NCBI GenBank assembly: GCA_045863395.1
Contig: BTVJ01000085.1
Span: 1 to 33,020, forward strand
Direction: 5' to 3'
Origin: Myxococcales bacterium
Lineage (GTDB): Bacteria > Myxococcota_A > UBA9042 > JABWCM01 > BTVJ01
Length of the DNA: 33,020 nt
Below the pieces are notes generated by a model. The model was not told the DNA's origin, searched no databases, and saw only the letters and a program-made list of their open reading frames with translations. Position 1 is the stretch's first letter, and each line of letters begins with the position of its first letter. Positions 1 through 8,869 of the stretch are shown one piece after another. Both the position numbers and the translations under genes were made by a program.

Positions 1-147
1 CTTCTCTTCCTTCTTCTCGACGACCTCGGGCTGCTCGGTCACCTCGCCGGTCGGCTTGACCTGCTGCGTCGTGCTCGGGCAGCCCGCGGTCAGGCCCAAC
101 GACACCGCCACGGCAGAAGAGAGGAGCGTCCGTGTCAGGGTGCGCAT
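1..147 (-). CDS. 5' part of a lipoprotein in the GltE/AglT position of the glt cluster; continues beyond the window
   Basis: Not in ORF track. Manual translation from ATG at 147: MRTLTRTLLSSAVAVSLGLTAGCPSTTQQVKPTGEVTEQPEVVEKKEEK, open to base 1, with signal peptide and lipobox LTAG-C. GltE identity rests only on position after the gltD-like gene. Confidence 0.7.
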   Translation of the reverse strand, partial: MRTLTRTLLSSAVAVSLGLTAGCPSTTQQVKPTGEVTEQPEVVEKKEEK

Positions 148-179
148 GGTCAAACCCTCGTGAGTGCGTGTCGGGAGCA

Positions 180-3100
180 TCAGTTGAGGCCCTCACCCGG
201 CTGCTGGGCGCCGGTCTCCTTGATCTCGATGACCTGGACCTCGACGTCGCCGCGGCGCAGGGAGCGAATGAAGTTGGCCGAGAGCAGCGTGTCCATCTCG
301 TGGTCCGCCTTGGCCACCGGCTCGCTGGAGACGGGGAAGGACTCGGGGTTCACCTTCGCGGCGAACTCGGCCGACAGCTTGGACCACTCGTTGTAGACGC
401 CAAGCTCCTGCGCGAGCTGCAGGGCGAACTGGAACGCGGTGAGGGACTTCTCCTCGAGCGGCGCCGCGGTCTCCTCCAGGGTGAACTGGTACTCCTCCTC
501 CTGGTCGGGCGACAGGCCCTCGGGCACTGGCACCGAGAACAGCGCTTGCGAGAACTCGTAGTAGAGGAGACCGTTGCGGAACAGGGCGCCGGCTGTCCAG
601 CCACCGCTCTTGTATTCGAGGACCGATAGCATCAGCCCCTCGCACTTGGCGAGCAGCTCCGCCTTCGTGGTCAGGCTCTTCTTGAGCTTCGCGATGGAGG
701 ACGTGTCGATGCTGGCAGCGTGGAAGTCGTCGTACACGTACTCTGCGAGCTGGAAGGCAGCCTCCGCCGCGAAGTTCTTGGCGGGAGACTTGCTCAGGTC
801 CTTGCCCGAGGTCGCAAGGGTGTTGAAGGCCTTCAGAGCGTCGGCGAAAGCCTGGCTCGCCGCCTTGCGGTTCTTCACCTTGTCGGTGGCCTGAAGCGAG
901 TGGCCCATGCGGGTGAGCGCCTCGACGATCTCCTCGCCGTGGCCCCCCTTGCCATACTTCTTGATGAACTTGCCGTAGTGGTCGGCCGCACGCTTCCAGC
1001 CGTCCGCGTTGTTCTTCATCTCGAAAACCCGGCCGATGTGGAGCTCCACGGCGACCGCGTCTGGGCGGTCCTTGAACGTCTTGAGGTAGGTCTCGTAGGA
1101 CTGGATGGCGCCGTCGTAGTCGCCCATGGCCTCGCGGATCAGACCCGCGTTCTTGATGGCGTCCGGTGTGTCCTCGTACTTCTCGAACTGCTTCATCTGC
1201 TCGAAGGAGCCGGCCGCCTTGTCGAACTGGGTCTGGCTCTCGTAGATCACGCCGATGGTGAACAGCGCCTGGGGGGCGATCTCCTCCTTCGGGAACTCCT
1301 TGATCACGCGGTTGTACGTCGCGATGGCCTCGGGCAGGCGCTTTGCGTTCTCGTGGATCACGGCGACGTTGTAGAGGGCCTTCGAGGCGAGGTCGGGGCT
1401 CTGCGCCTTGAACTCCTTGTAGACGTCCTCGTTCTCCTTGATGGCGGCGTCGAAGTTCTTCTCCAACGTGAGGTCGCGGGCCAGCTCGGCCTTTGCGATG
1501 GCGCGGATCTTGTCGAGCTCCTTCTTGCTCTTGAGCTTGAAGTTCTTGGCCGCGATGAGCCGGCTCGCCCACTGCTCGATCTCGTTCCAGTAGCGGAGCT
1601 TCACATAAGAGTCGAGCATCAGGTTCACGGCGTAGGCCGCAAACTCGTGGGTGTCGTCGTACTGGAAGATGGTCTCCAGCCGCGTGATGGCGTTCTTGAA
1701 CTGCCCGTGGTTGTAGAAGACGCGCGCAGCCAGGTACATGATCTCCGGGATCTTTTCGCCGCGCTCGGGGTTCTTCTTGCGGACCTCGGGGTCCTTGAGG
1801 AGGTCGAGGGTCAAGGTCACGTACTGGTCGGCGGCCTCCACGTAGCCCTTCTCCACCTCGTGGAGCTCGGTGCGCTCGATGGACGCCTCGCGCTTCTTCA
1901 TGTCCTCTTCGGACAGCTTGACGAGCTTGATCTTCGACTTGCCGCCTTCGTCGAGGAAGCCCTCGATCTTGGCCTTCTTGGCCAGCTCGCCATACGAGTA
2001 CACGATGCCGAGGAGCGCATCCTCAGCGAAGTCGCCCTTCTTGTCCCGGTCCACGACGGCCTGGTACTGCTTGATGGCGTTCTCGTAGTCGCGCATCTGC
2101 TCGTACAGGATCTCGGCGTAGTAGAAGTTCGCGATGTAGGCGTTCTCGCTGCTCGGGAAGGTGTCCACGAACTGTGCGTAGTCCTTCGCCGCCTGCTGGT
2201 AGAGCTCGACCTTGCCGTCCTTCTGTGCGCGCTTGTGGTAGTCCGTCGCGAGGAAGAGGAGGTTGTTCTCCGCGAGGGTCATCGCTGCCTTGATGGCCTC
2301 GGGGTTGCTCTTGTTGGCGGAGTACCACGTGTTGCGAGGGTCGAAGTACGCGATCATCTCGCGGATCTCGGCCTCGATGCGGGTTGCGTCGTTCAGCTTC
2401 TTGAGGACCGCGATGATGTTGTCGTAGTAGTCCGGCGCCCGGAAGTCGTTGGGGTCGTGCTCGAGGAAGTGTGAGTACAGCGCGACCGCGTCCTCGTCCT
2501 TGTCCTGGCCCACATACAGCTCGGCCAGCTTGCGGAGCTTGTCGTAGGCCTTCTCCTCGCCGATCTCTTTCGTGAAGTAGGACCGCGCCTCACGCCAACC
2601 GTCGGGGATCTCCGCGTAGATGACCACCAGGTCGTTCAGGGCCTGCTCCTTGAACTCGATCATGCCCTGCTGGTTGGCGTTCTTGACGATCTCGACGACG
2701 TTCTGGAACGTCTGGATGGACTTCTTGAACTCGGCCAGGTTGAAGTAGACCCAGCCCAGCTTGTACAACGCGTAGTTGTACATGCCGGAGTCCTTGAAGT
2801 TGTTGATGATCTTCTCGTAGTTGGTCTTCGCGTAGTAGAGCGAGTTGTTCTCGAAGTAGTGCTCCGCGAGCGCCAGGTGGCTCTCGGCGATGAACCGGCT
2901 GTTCGGATAGTTCTGCACCAGCTTCTGGAAGTGGCTCACGCCCTCCTTGGTCAGCTCCCGATCCTCGCGGTCTTTGCCCGCCTGGAGCGCCCCGCGGCCC
3001 AGGTAGTAGATGACCTCGTCGATGCGGTTGTAGTCGGGGAACTGCTGGAGGATCTTGCGGTAGTAGTCGAGGGAGACCGCGTAGTCCTCTTCGGGCTCCA

Positions 3101-3524
3101 CGGGCTTGGTCGCCAGCGTCTTGTTCTCGAACGCCTCGAGCTGGCGCTCGAAGTCCTCCCGCTGGATCAGGTACTGGAACTTGTTCTCCTCCCAGTAGGC
3201 CTCGGCCAGCCGGAAGTACACGTCCGCCTTGTTCTCGTAGTACGGGTTCTGCGCCAGGAGCTGCTCGAGCTTCTGGATGGCGCTGCGCCGTAGCTCGCTC
3301 TTCTTGGCCTGGAGGTCGCGCACCCGCGCGTCCTGGAATTGGGCCTGCTCGAACTTCTCCTGGGAGAAGTCGCCTCCCATGACCGGCTTCTTGCCCTCGG
3401 TCGAGCCCTCCGAGGCGGGGTCCATGGGCTCCTGCGCGTGAGCTGCCATGGGGGCCGACAAGGAAAAGACCAGCGCGAGGGCTGCGGCCCTGCCGAGCGT
3501 GCGTCCGTGCGTACGAGTCCTCAT
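180..3524 (-). CDS. gltD: Large periplasmic TPR protein, GltD/AgmU (NfsD)-like gliding-motility component, ~1114 aa
   Basis: Sec signal ending AHA-Q; many TPR-like repeats (VYFRLAEAY, ALYKLGWVYFN, ALYNVAVIHE, ALFTIGVIYE); C-terminal segment PVPEGL..EEY...LEE.A.PLEEK...GVYNEWS typical of AgmU-like proteins. Start moved to ATG 3524, which forms an ATGA overlap with the upstream stop and has GGAGG upstream. Confidence 0.8.
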   Translation of the reverse strand: MRTRTHGRTLGRAAALALVFSLSAPMAAHAQEPMDPASEGSTEGKKPVMGGDFSQEKFEQAQFQDARVRDLQAKKSELRRSAIQKLEQLLAQNPYYENKADVYFRLAEAYWEENKFQYLIQREDFERQLEAFENKTLATKPVEPEEDYAVSLDYYRKILQQFPDYNRIDEVIYYLGRGALQAGKDREDRELTKEGVSHFQKLVQNYPNSRFIAESHLALAEHYFENNSLYYAKTNYEKIINNFKDSGMYNYALYKLGWVYFNLAEFKKSIQTFQNVVEIVKNANQQGMIEFKEQALNDLVVIYAEIPDGWREARSYFTKEIGEEKAYDKLRKLAELYVGQDKDEDAVALYSHFLEHDPNDFRAPDYYDNIIAVLKKLNDATRIEAEIREMIAYFDPRNTWYSANKSNPEAIKAAMTLAENNLLFLATDYHKRAQKDGKVELYQQAAKDYAQFVDTFPSSENAYIANFYYAEILYEQMRDYENAIKQYQAVVDRDKKGDFAEDALLGIVYSYGELAKKAKIEGFLDEGGKSKIKLVKLSEEDMKKREASIERTELHEVEKGYVEAADQYVTLTLDLLKDPEVRKKNPERGEKIPEIMYLAARVFYNHGQFKNAITRLETIFQYDDTHEFAAYAVNLMLDSYVKLRYWNEIEQWASRLIAAKNFKLKSKKELDKIRAIAKAELARDLTLEKNFDAAIKENEDVYKEFKAQSPDLASKALYNVAVIHENAKRLPEAIATYNRVIKEFPKEEIAPQALFTIGVIYESQTQFDKAAGSFEQMKQFEKYEDTPDAIKNAGLIREAMGDYDGAIQSYETYLKTFKDRPDAVAVELHIGRVFEMKNNADGWKRAADHYGKFIKKYGKGGHGEEIVEALTRMGHSLQATDKVKNRKAASQAFADALKAFNTLATSGKDLSKSPAKNFAAEAAFQLAEYVYDDFHAASIDTSSIAKLKKSLTTKAELLAKCEGLMLSVLEYKSGGWTAGALFRNGLLYYEFSQALFSVPVPEGLSPDQEEEYQFTLEETAAPLEEKSLTAFQFALQLAQELGVYNEWSKLSAEFAAKVNPESFPVSSEPVAKADHEMDTLLSANFIRSLRRGDVEVQVIEIKETGAQQPGEGLN

Positions 3525-5404
3525 TTGCTGCAAACCTCCGTCAGGAAGCTGCGGTAGCTTCCGATCTCGTCGCTCCAGTACTCACCCTCGAACTGCCACT
3601 GCATGGAGTCGGCGCCAACGATGGCGATGGCGCCCTCGCCCGAGGCCGACTCCTCCTTCTTGATCTCCTCGGTTTCTCCGAAGAGCTTCTGGGTCTCGGC
3701 GTCGATCTTCTCCATCTCCTGGACCTGGAGGTCGACCTCGATCTCGGTCACCTTCACCGCGTACTGCTGCAGCTCGTCCTGCACGCGCTTGAGGACCTGC
3801 TGGACCTTGATGCCGATCTCGTTCACGCGGCTCTGGCGGATGGTCGCCAGCTTGCCCGCCAGCTCCTGGCCGAACGCCCCGAGGCCCGCCTGGTTGTCCT
3901 GGATGATCTGCTGCTCCCGCTCGATCTGCCGGACCGTGCGGTACAGGTTGTAGAAGTCGACGTTGGCAAGCACCGGGGCGACGAGGCGCTCGGGCAGGAA
4001 CTCCTTCTGGTGATTGGCCGTCTGCGTGATCGCCGTGTAGAAGTCTGCTGGGGTCCTCATGCTCTGCATGAACCGGGACATGGGCTCCATCAGCGACGCC
4101 ACGTCCCGCGTGAAGGTGTCGATGGCATCCCGCGCCAGGTCGTACCGGCACATGTTCAGGTAGATGGTCGCCTCGAGGATCCAGAGCTCCGGGTAGAAGT
4201 AGTGGTCGAACACGGGGCTGTGCAGCGCCTGGAAGGTGCCAAGCGCGCGCCCGTAGTCCCCCTTGACGAAGTAGGTCCAGGCCGACTCGTAGAAGGCCAT
4301 GGGCAGCTTGGTCGACTTCTTCGAGACCTTCCGATAGTAGTAGATGGCCGCGTCGTAGTCGCCGCTCTCGTAGGCGATTCGAGCCAGCGCCATGTACGCC
4401 AGGTCGCTGATCTCGGGGTTGCTGTCGTTGCGCTCCGTCGCGAGGATCGCGTTCTGGAAGGACTCGAGGGCCGAACGGTAGAGCTGGTTGCGCACCTGCA
4501 CCAAGCCCTTGAGGTACAGGGCCTTGGCGTACTCGTCGCTCTCGGGCGTCACGAGGTCCAGGTACTTGAGCGCTTGAGCGAAGTTGCTGAAGTCGTAGAA
4601 GAACTCGCCCAGCAGGTAGTTGTAGCCGTCCTGGAACTTCTGGCTGAAGCCCCCGACGTAGAACTTGGTCAGCTCCTCAAGGTCCGGTGGCGAGTAGTTC
4701 AGCTTCTGACGCAGGTCGCGCAGGTCCTCGATGGCGGGCATGAAGAACGGGCGGTCAGGGCCCTCGAGGATCACCTCGACCAGGTTCTTCGCTGCGCTCT
4801 GGAGCAGCCCCGCCTCCTTGAGGGCGTTGGCGATGCCGTACTTGGCGATGTAGAACTCGTCGGACCCGGGGGCGTAGTTGCCCTTTGCAACGAAGTCGTT
4901 GAACTGCTGGATTGCCTCGACGAACTTGCCCTCCTGCGCGAGCTCCTGCCCGCGGCGAAGCACGCCCTGCGCGTAGGCCTTCTGCTGGGTCTCGCGGACC
5001 TTCTTTGCCTCCTCGGCGAGCTTCGCGGCCTCCTGGCGGATCTTCTCCTGCTCGGCGGCCAGCTCCTCCGGAGTCTTCTCGCGCGTCGTCGGAGTCACGG
5101 TCGGCTGCGTGGTCGTGCCGCCCATGGCGTCCTCGGCCTTCTTGCCATAGAGCTGGGGCGTGTTCAGCATGTGCTTGATCACGCCCTCCGACACGCCCGC
5201 CTGCTTGAGCGCCAGGATGTCCTGGATCTGAAGCGAGAAGACCGTGCGGTCCTTGTCGATGGCCTTGATGACCTCGTCATCGGAGATGCCGAGCTTGGTC
5301 AGCGTGATGACCTCGTCCTTCGAGATCGCGAAGGCGACCGGCGACGAGAACAGCATCGCTCCGAGGATGGATACCGCGATGAAGCGAGTGAGGCGCAGCT
5401 TCAT
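3521..5404 (-). CDS. gltC: GltC (NfsC)-like periplasmic TPR protein, 627 aa
   Basis: Signal peptide ending AFA; TPR repeats; ALGTFQALHSP.F...FYPE..ILEATIY..MC segment and C-terminal WQFEGEYWSDEIGSYR motif recognised as GltC-type; lies between the beta-barrel gene and gltD. Confidence 0.8.
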   Translation of the reverse strand: MKLRLTRFIAVSILGAMLFSSPVAFAISKDEVITLTKLGISDDEVIKAIDKDRTVFSLQIQDILALKQAGVSEGVIKHMLNTPQLYGKKAEDAMGGTTTQPTVTPTTREKTPEELAAEQEKIRQEAAKLAEEAKKVRETQQKAYAQGVLRRGQELAQEGKFVEAIQQFNDFVAKGNYAPGSDEFYIAKYGIANALKEAGLLQSAAKNLVEVILEGPDRPFFMPAIEDLRDLRQKLNYSPPDLEELTKFYVGGFSQKFQDGYNYLLGEFFYDFSNFAQALKYLDLVTPESDEYAKALYLKGLVQVRNQLYRSALESFQNAILATERNDSNPEISDLAYMALARIAYESGDYDAAIYYYRKVSKKSTKLPMAFYESAWTYFVKGDYGRALGTFQALHSPVFDHYFYPELWILEATIYLNMCRYDLARDAIDTFTRDVASLMEPMSRFMQSMRTPADFYTAITQTANHQKEFLPERLVAPVLANVDFYNLYRTVRQIEREQQIIQDNQAGLGAFGQELAGKLATIRQSRVNEIGIKVQQVLKRVQDELQQYAVKVTEIEVDLQVQEMEKIDAETQKLFGETEEIKKEESASGEGAIAIVGADSMQWQFEGEYWSDEIGSYRSFLTEVCSK

Positions 5405-5468
5405 GATCGTGTCTTACCTCTCCGACGGACCGCTCGAGTTTGGGGCTCCATCAACCTTGCCTGGACCG

Positions 5469-5510
5469 CCGCGCCAGCAGCTCCACCGGGGTGGTGACGT
5501 GCTGGCGTGG
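5469..5510 (-). other. Intercistronic stem-loop between the beta-barrel gene and gltC
   Basis: CGCCAGCA (5472-5479) pairs with TGCTGGCG (5500-5507), with an inner CCACC/GGTGG inverted repeat; no U-tract. Confidence 0.4.
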
Positions 5511-5527
5511 CCTGCCTTACGCCAGAA

Positions 5528-6259
5528 TCACTTGGGCGCCGCCGTGAAGAACGACACACCCAAGGTGATCTCGGCGGGGTAGGAGAGGCCGCCGCCCTGG
5601 AACTCGTAGAAGAAGTGGCGGTAGTCGATGCGGATGGCGAGCCAGTCGTTGACGAAGCCCGCGGCGCCCGCGCCGACGTTGCCGGCGATCTTGTACTCGT
5701 CGCTGTTGGGTGCGTTCTGGCCCGGAGGATCGACCTCCGTCCCAACGACGCCCACTCCCGCGGCGATGTAGAAGTCGAAGTGGAAGAGCTTGGTGGTGAA
5801 GAGGCCCACCTTGCCGTGGAAGGGGCTCCACTTCACGTCCGCGGACGCGTACCACTTCAGCGTCTCGGTCAGGAAGATCTGCGCGTCCACGCCGCCGCCC
5901 GACTCGAACTGATCGGTCAGGAACTCGCGGAGCTTCGTCTCCACGGCGAACAGGTAGGCGCCGCTGATCTCCAGGCCGATGTCCTCGGAGAAGTAGTAGT
6001 CGTAGCGTCCGCCGATGGGGATGTACACCTTGAAGTCGTCGTTCGGAACGACGCCCGTGAAGATGCTGAACTCGTGGCGGGTGTCCTTGAGGAACTCCCG
6101 CTTCTGGATCGTGCGGATGTCGCGCCGCTCGCCCCAGTACTTGTCCAGGTCGTCGTCCAGCGGGGTCTTGTCCTCGGCCAGCGCGGGGGAGGCGAAAACG
6201 GCCCCGGACAGGCACGCAAACACGAACAGCGCCGCGCGGCAGATGCTTCGGGTACGCAT
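5528..6259 (-). CDS. Outer-membrane beta-barrel protein, GltA/GltB/GltH (NfsA/B)-like, 243 aa
   Basis: ATG 6259 with AGGAG upstream; signal peptide ending ALA-E; IRTIQKREFLK..RHEF, NDDF, WSPFHGK motifs; alternating amphipathic strands; terminal strand ITLGVSFF. The paralog cannot be assigned by eye. Confidence 0.8.
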   Translation of the reverse strand: MRTRSICRAALFVFACLSGAVFASPALAEDKTPLDDDLDKYWGERRDIRTIQKREFLKDTRHEFSIFTGVVPNDDFKVYIPIGGRYDYYFSEDIGLEISGAYLFAVETKLREFLTDQFESGGGVDAQIFLTETLKWYASADVKWSPFHGKVGLFTTKLFHFDFYIAAGVGVVGTEVDPPGQNAPNSDEYKIAGNVGAGAAGFVNDWLAIRIDYRHFFYEFQGGGLSYPAEITLGVSFFTAAPK

Positions 6260-6336
6260 GAGGCTTTCTTCTCCTGAGCAGTCTTCGACAGGTTCCTTGT
6301 TCGTCCCGCTCGGGGCGGCGCCCCGCGCAATTCCGC

Positions 6337-8136
6337 CTAGTCCAGGCACGTGAGGTCCACGGCGCTGTCACAGCAAGGCTTCTGCACCACCGAGCACTGT
6401 GCGTCGGCCGCCTGCGGAGTGCCGCAGCAGCACGTCCCCTCGGTGCCGTCCCCCAGTGTGACGGTCCCGCCCTGGCCGATGGGGATGCCCGGCTGTGCCT
6501 GGTTGAGCTTGTTGGTCCAAGGCCACGCGCACACGCTGCCCTGCGGGTTGCAGGTCACGAAGCAGTCGCCGTCCTGGCCCCCGGGGCACTGGGTGTCCAG
6601 CGTACAGGTGCGCCGCAGGAGCAGGCGGCTGTCGGCGGGCGGGCTCAGGTGGAACCCGTAGCTCTTCTGCTCCGGGTTGACGATGTTCGGCGGCACGAGG
6701 GTGAGGGTTCCGTCCAAGGCGTTGATCAGGCCGGGGGGCAGGAGCGGGTTCCCGGCCCCATCCACCTCAGTGAGAGACGGCACCTTGACGAACGCGCGCC
6801 AGACGCCGCCAAAGGTGTACCGAATGACCTGCAGCGCACCCTGGAGGTCCCGCTCGAAGTCGTTTGAGTCGTCGGCGTAGTCGAGGCGGTTGATCCACTT
6901 GTAGACGCCCCCGGTCAGACACGCGATCTCCATCTGGGCGGCGTCCTGCTGCGGATAGCCGTAGGACTGGAACTGCACGAAGGTCACCGGAATCCGCTGC
7001 GCCATGGGCACGGCCTCGACCTTCTGCTTGAAGGTGTCGTAGTCCAGGTGGGTGGCGCAGGGCTCGTCCGGGAGGAAGTTGGGGCTCTTCGGGTTGCACG
7101 TGTCGGGCGAGTCCGTGACCACGACGATGTGCCGGGGGAGGTCACCATCCGACGTCTTGGCATTGGCAATCAGGAAGTCCCACGCGTGATCGACCGCTGC
7201 CCAGAGCGGCGTGCGTCCCCGTGCGATGATGGTGCCTTTGCCCAGCTCGGTGAAGGCGCCCTCGACAGCGTTGCCGCTGGAGTCCGTCGCGCCGGCCACC
7301 CACTCGTGTCGCGTGCCGAAACAGGCGCGCTCCTGCTGGATCGCATCGCCCGCCTGTTCGAGGTTGGGGGCGTTACAGGCGAGCTTGACGCCGTCCTCGT
7401 TGAAATACCACGCGATCAGCCTGTCGCTCGGGTTCAGGTAGCGGATCAGGCCTTCTGATGCCGCCTTGTACCGTGCGTGGGTGGGGTCGGAGAACTTGCC
7501 GGGCTCGACGAAGCCCTGCTTGACCTCCTTGCGGTCCTGGTTGCCGAAGCCGATCATGCTCTCGCTGTGGTCCATGAGCACGGCGACCGCGATGGGCTGC
7601 TTGCGGCTGTCGGTGCGGCGGACGAAGTCGACGTCCTCGAGGGTCGCGTTGGGGTTGGGGAGGCCGTCGTCCGTCTCGCAATTGCTGGTCTTGTCCGGGA
7701 AGCCCTCGATGCACGAGAGGGCGAGCCCGAAGATGCCGGCGTTGATCGCCTTGCCCGGGCCTACGGTCACCGCGCGGTCGCCGACGCGGTCGTTCTCACG
7801 CACCTGCAGGTCCGTGTTGCCGGTCAGAGCGCCCTTGTGCTCGGTGCTCTTGAGGTTGAACGAGATGAAGAAGCCGTCCGCCTGGTCGCCCGACCCGCAG
7901 GCCGGGACGCGCTCTCCGTTCTCCGTCTTGTAGGGCGTGGCCGCGATGATCTGGATGGGGGTGACCGGGTCGAACTGGACCACGCTGCGCTGAAACGTCG
8001 CCGTCGTGTCGCAGCCGGCGAGCGGCCCGATGAGCAGGCCGAACGCAGCGGCAGAAATGGCGCCAGCGATGCCCGCTCCCCGCGTCAGGCCCCCAAGCGC
8101 CCGTTGCGCCGCCTCACCTCGCGTGCCTTGAGCCAT
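6337..8136 (-). CDS. Cys-rich VWA-domain lipoprotein, CglB-like adhesin candidate, 599 aa
   Basis: ATG 8136 with GAGGAG RBS; lipobox LAG-C; MIDAS elements D-H-S-E-S (VLMDHSESM), T (GRTPLWAA) and D (IVVVTDSPD); Cys-rich C-terminus; first gene of the glt run. The ORF-track extension to 8448 looks non-coding. Confidence 0.75.
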   Translation of the reverse strand: MAQGTRGEAAQRALGGLTRGAGIAGAISAAAFGLLIGPLAGCDTTATFQRSVVQFDPVTPIQIIAATPYKTENGERVPACGSGDQADGFFISFNLKSTEHKGALTGNTDLQVRENDRVGDRAVTVGPGKAINAGIFGLALSCIEGFPDKTSNCETDDGLPNPNATLEDVDFVRRTDSRKQPIAVAVLMDHSESMIGFGNQDRKEVKQGFVEPGKFSDPTHARYKAASEGLIRYLNPSDRLIAWYFNEDGVKLACNAPNLEQAGDAIQQERACFGTRHEWVAGATDSSGNAVEGAFTELGKGTIIARGRTPLWAAVDHAWDFLIANAKTSDGDLPRHIVVVTDSPDTCNPKSPNFLPDEPCATHLDYDTFKQKVEAVPMAQRIPVTFVQFQSYGYPQQDAAQMEIACLTGGVYKWINRLDYADDSNDFERDLQGALQVIRYTFGGVWRAFVKVPSLTEVDGAGNPLLPPGLINALDGTLTLVPPNIVNPEQKSYGFHLSPPADSRLLLRRTCTLDTQCPGGQDGDCFVTCNPQGSVCAWPWTNKLNQAQPGIPIGQGGTVTLGDGTEGTCCCGTPQAADAQCSVVQKPCCDSAVDLTCLD

Positions 8137-8460
8137 ACGGTCTCCTCGTCCGCTGCCGACCTGTCGCATTGGCATGCCGTCTGTTCGCACGTCCGTCTCG
8201 CTTTTCGTCGCCGAGCGCCCCGGGGGCCTCGGTCGCTGTACCCCTCGTGCGCCCACCGTCCATGCTCCGGAGCGAAGGGCGCGCCATCCTACATCACCCG
8301 GGTCGGACTTTGGAAGAGCCAACGACTCGGTTCTCCACCCCTGCATTGCCGCTCTCGGACTGGCCCCACGACAGCGGTCCGTGTGTCCCATGGCGGCGAG
8401 CGGCTCGCCTGCGAGCGTGCATCTGGGGGCTTGGGCACGAGGCCGCAAAATCGGCCCCTG

Positions 8461-8489
8461 GTTCTAGTGGCGAGGGGGGCAAAAGTCAA
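8461..8489 (-). promoter_or_regulatory. Candidate sigma70-type promoter for the VWA/glt operon
   Basis: Minus strand TTGACT-17 nt-TAGAAC; would imply a ~320 nt leader. Confidence 0.45.
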
Positions 8490-8547
8490 CCACGTTTGCG
8501 TCACGATCCGCGCCGGGTCGGCCTCCCTGCCGTAGCTGCCGGCGCTC

Positions 8548-8563
8548 GTGAACGGTGGTTCAG
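8548..8563. promoter_or_regulatory. Candidate LexA (SOS) box in the divergent intergenic region
   Basis: GTGAACGGTGGTTCAG contains perfectly palindromic arms TGAAC-N4-GTTCA, the same geometry as the sites in front of lexA. Confidence 0.45.
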
Positions 8564-8759
8564 TCGCCCTCGGTGCGCTTCGGGGAGCTCAAATTGGTTA
8601 CATCCCCTCACGCCAGGAACGGTGATCACAAGCGTCGAGGGTGCGGGTGAGAGGGGGGTGGCAGGCCGGAGGACCCGGTCGCCATCAGGGGTCGACGAAC
8701 CGGGACAGGGCGATGGGCAGGCAGGGCGGTGGACGGCACGGCCATGATGATCGTAGGGG

Positions 8760-8789
8760 TTGACGCGCCGCCGACCGCATCCGTAGAAT
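8760..8789 (+). promoter_or_regulatory. Sigma70-type promoter for the first Ig-repeat lipoprotein gene
   Basis: TTGACG-18 nt-TAGAAT, ~80 nt upstream of ATG 8870. Confidence 0.6.
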
Positions 8790-8869
8790 GCCACGCCTAT
8801 CGGGCACAGGTCGCCAGGTTCGTGGTTCACCCTCTCGGTCCACCGGTTTCACAGCACGAGGTGAGTTGG

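Noticed and set aside
720..5497. Long + strand ORFs (720..2474, 4010..5497) and similar antisense ORFs such as 9404..10954, 12043..14112, 19180..21321 and 27777..30128
   Set aside because: Antisense shadows of well-supported genes, expected from high-GC codon bias; V/L/G/R-rich translations with no motifs or signal peptides.
8169..8185. TTGGCATG as a possible sigma54 -24 element, and the TGCCAA copies near 21889 and 21919
   Set aside because: No GC at the required GG-N10-GC spacing in any of them.
8137..8448. N-terminal extension of the 703-aa ORF and small ORFs in the divergent gap
   Set aside because: The RBS and lipoprotein signal lie at 8136; the extension is low-complexity and would bury the signal peptide.
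8729..8869. ORF-track start at 8729
   Set aside because: A good promoter lies inside this segment (8760-8789) and the signal peptide begins at ATG 8870.
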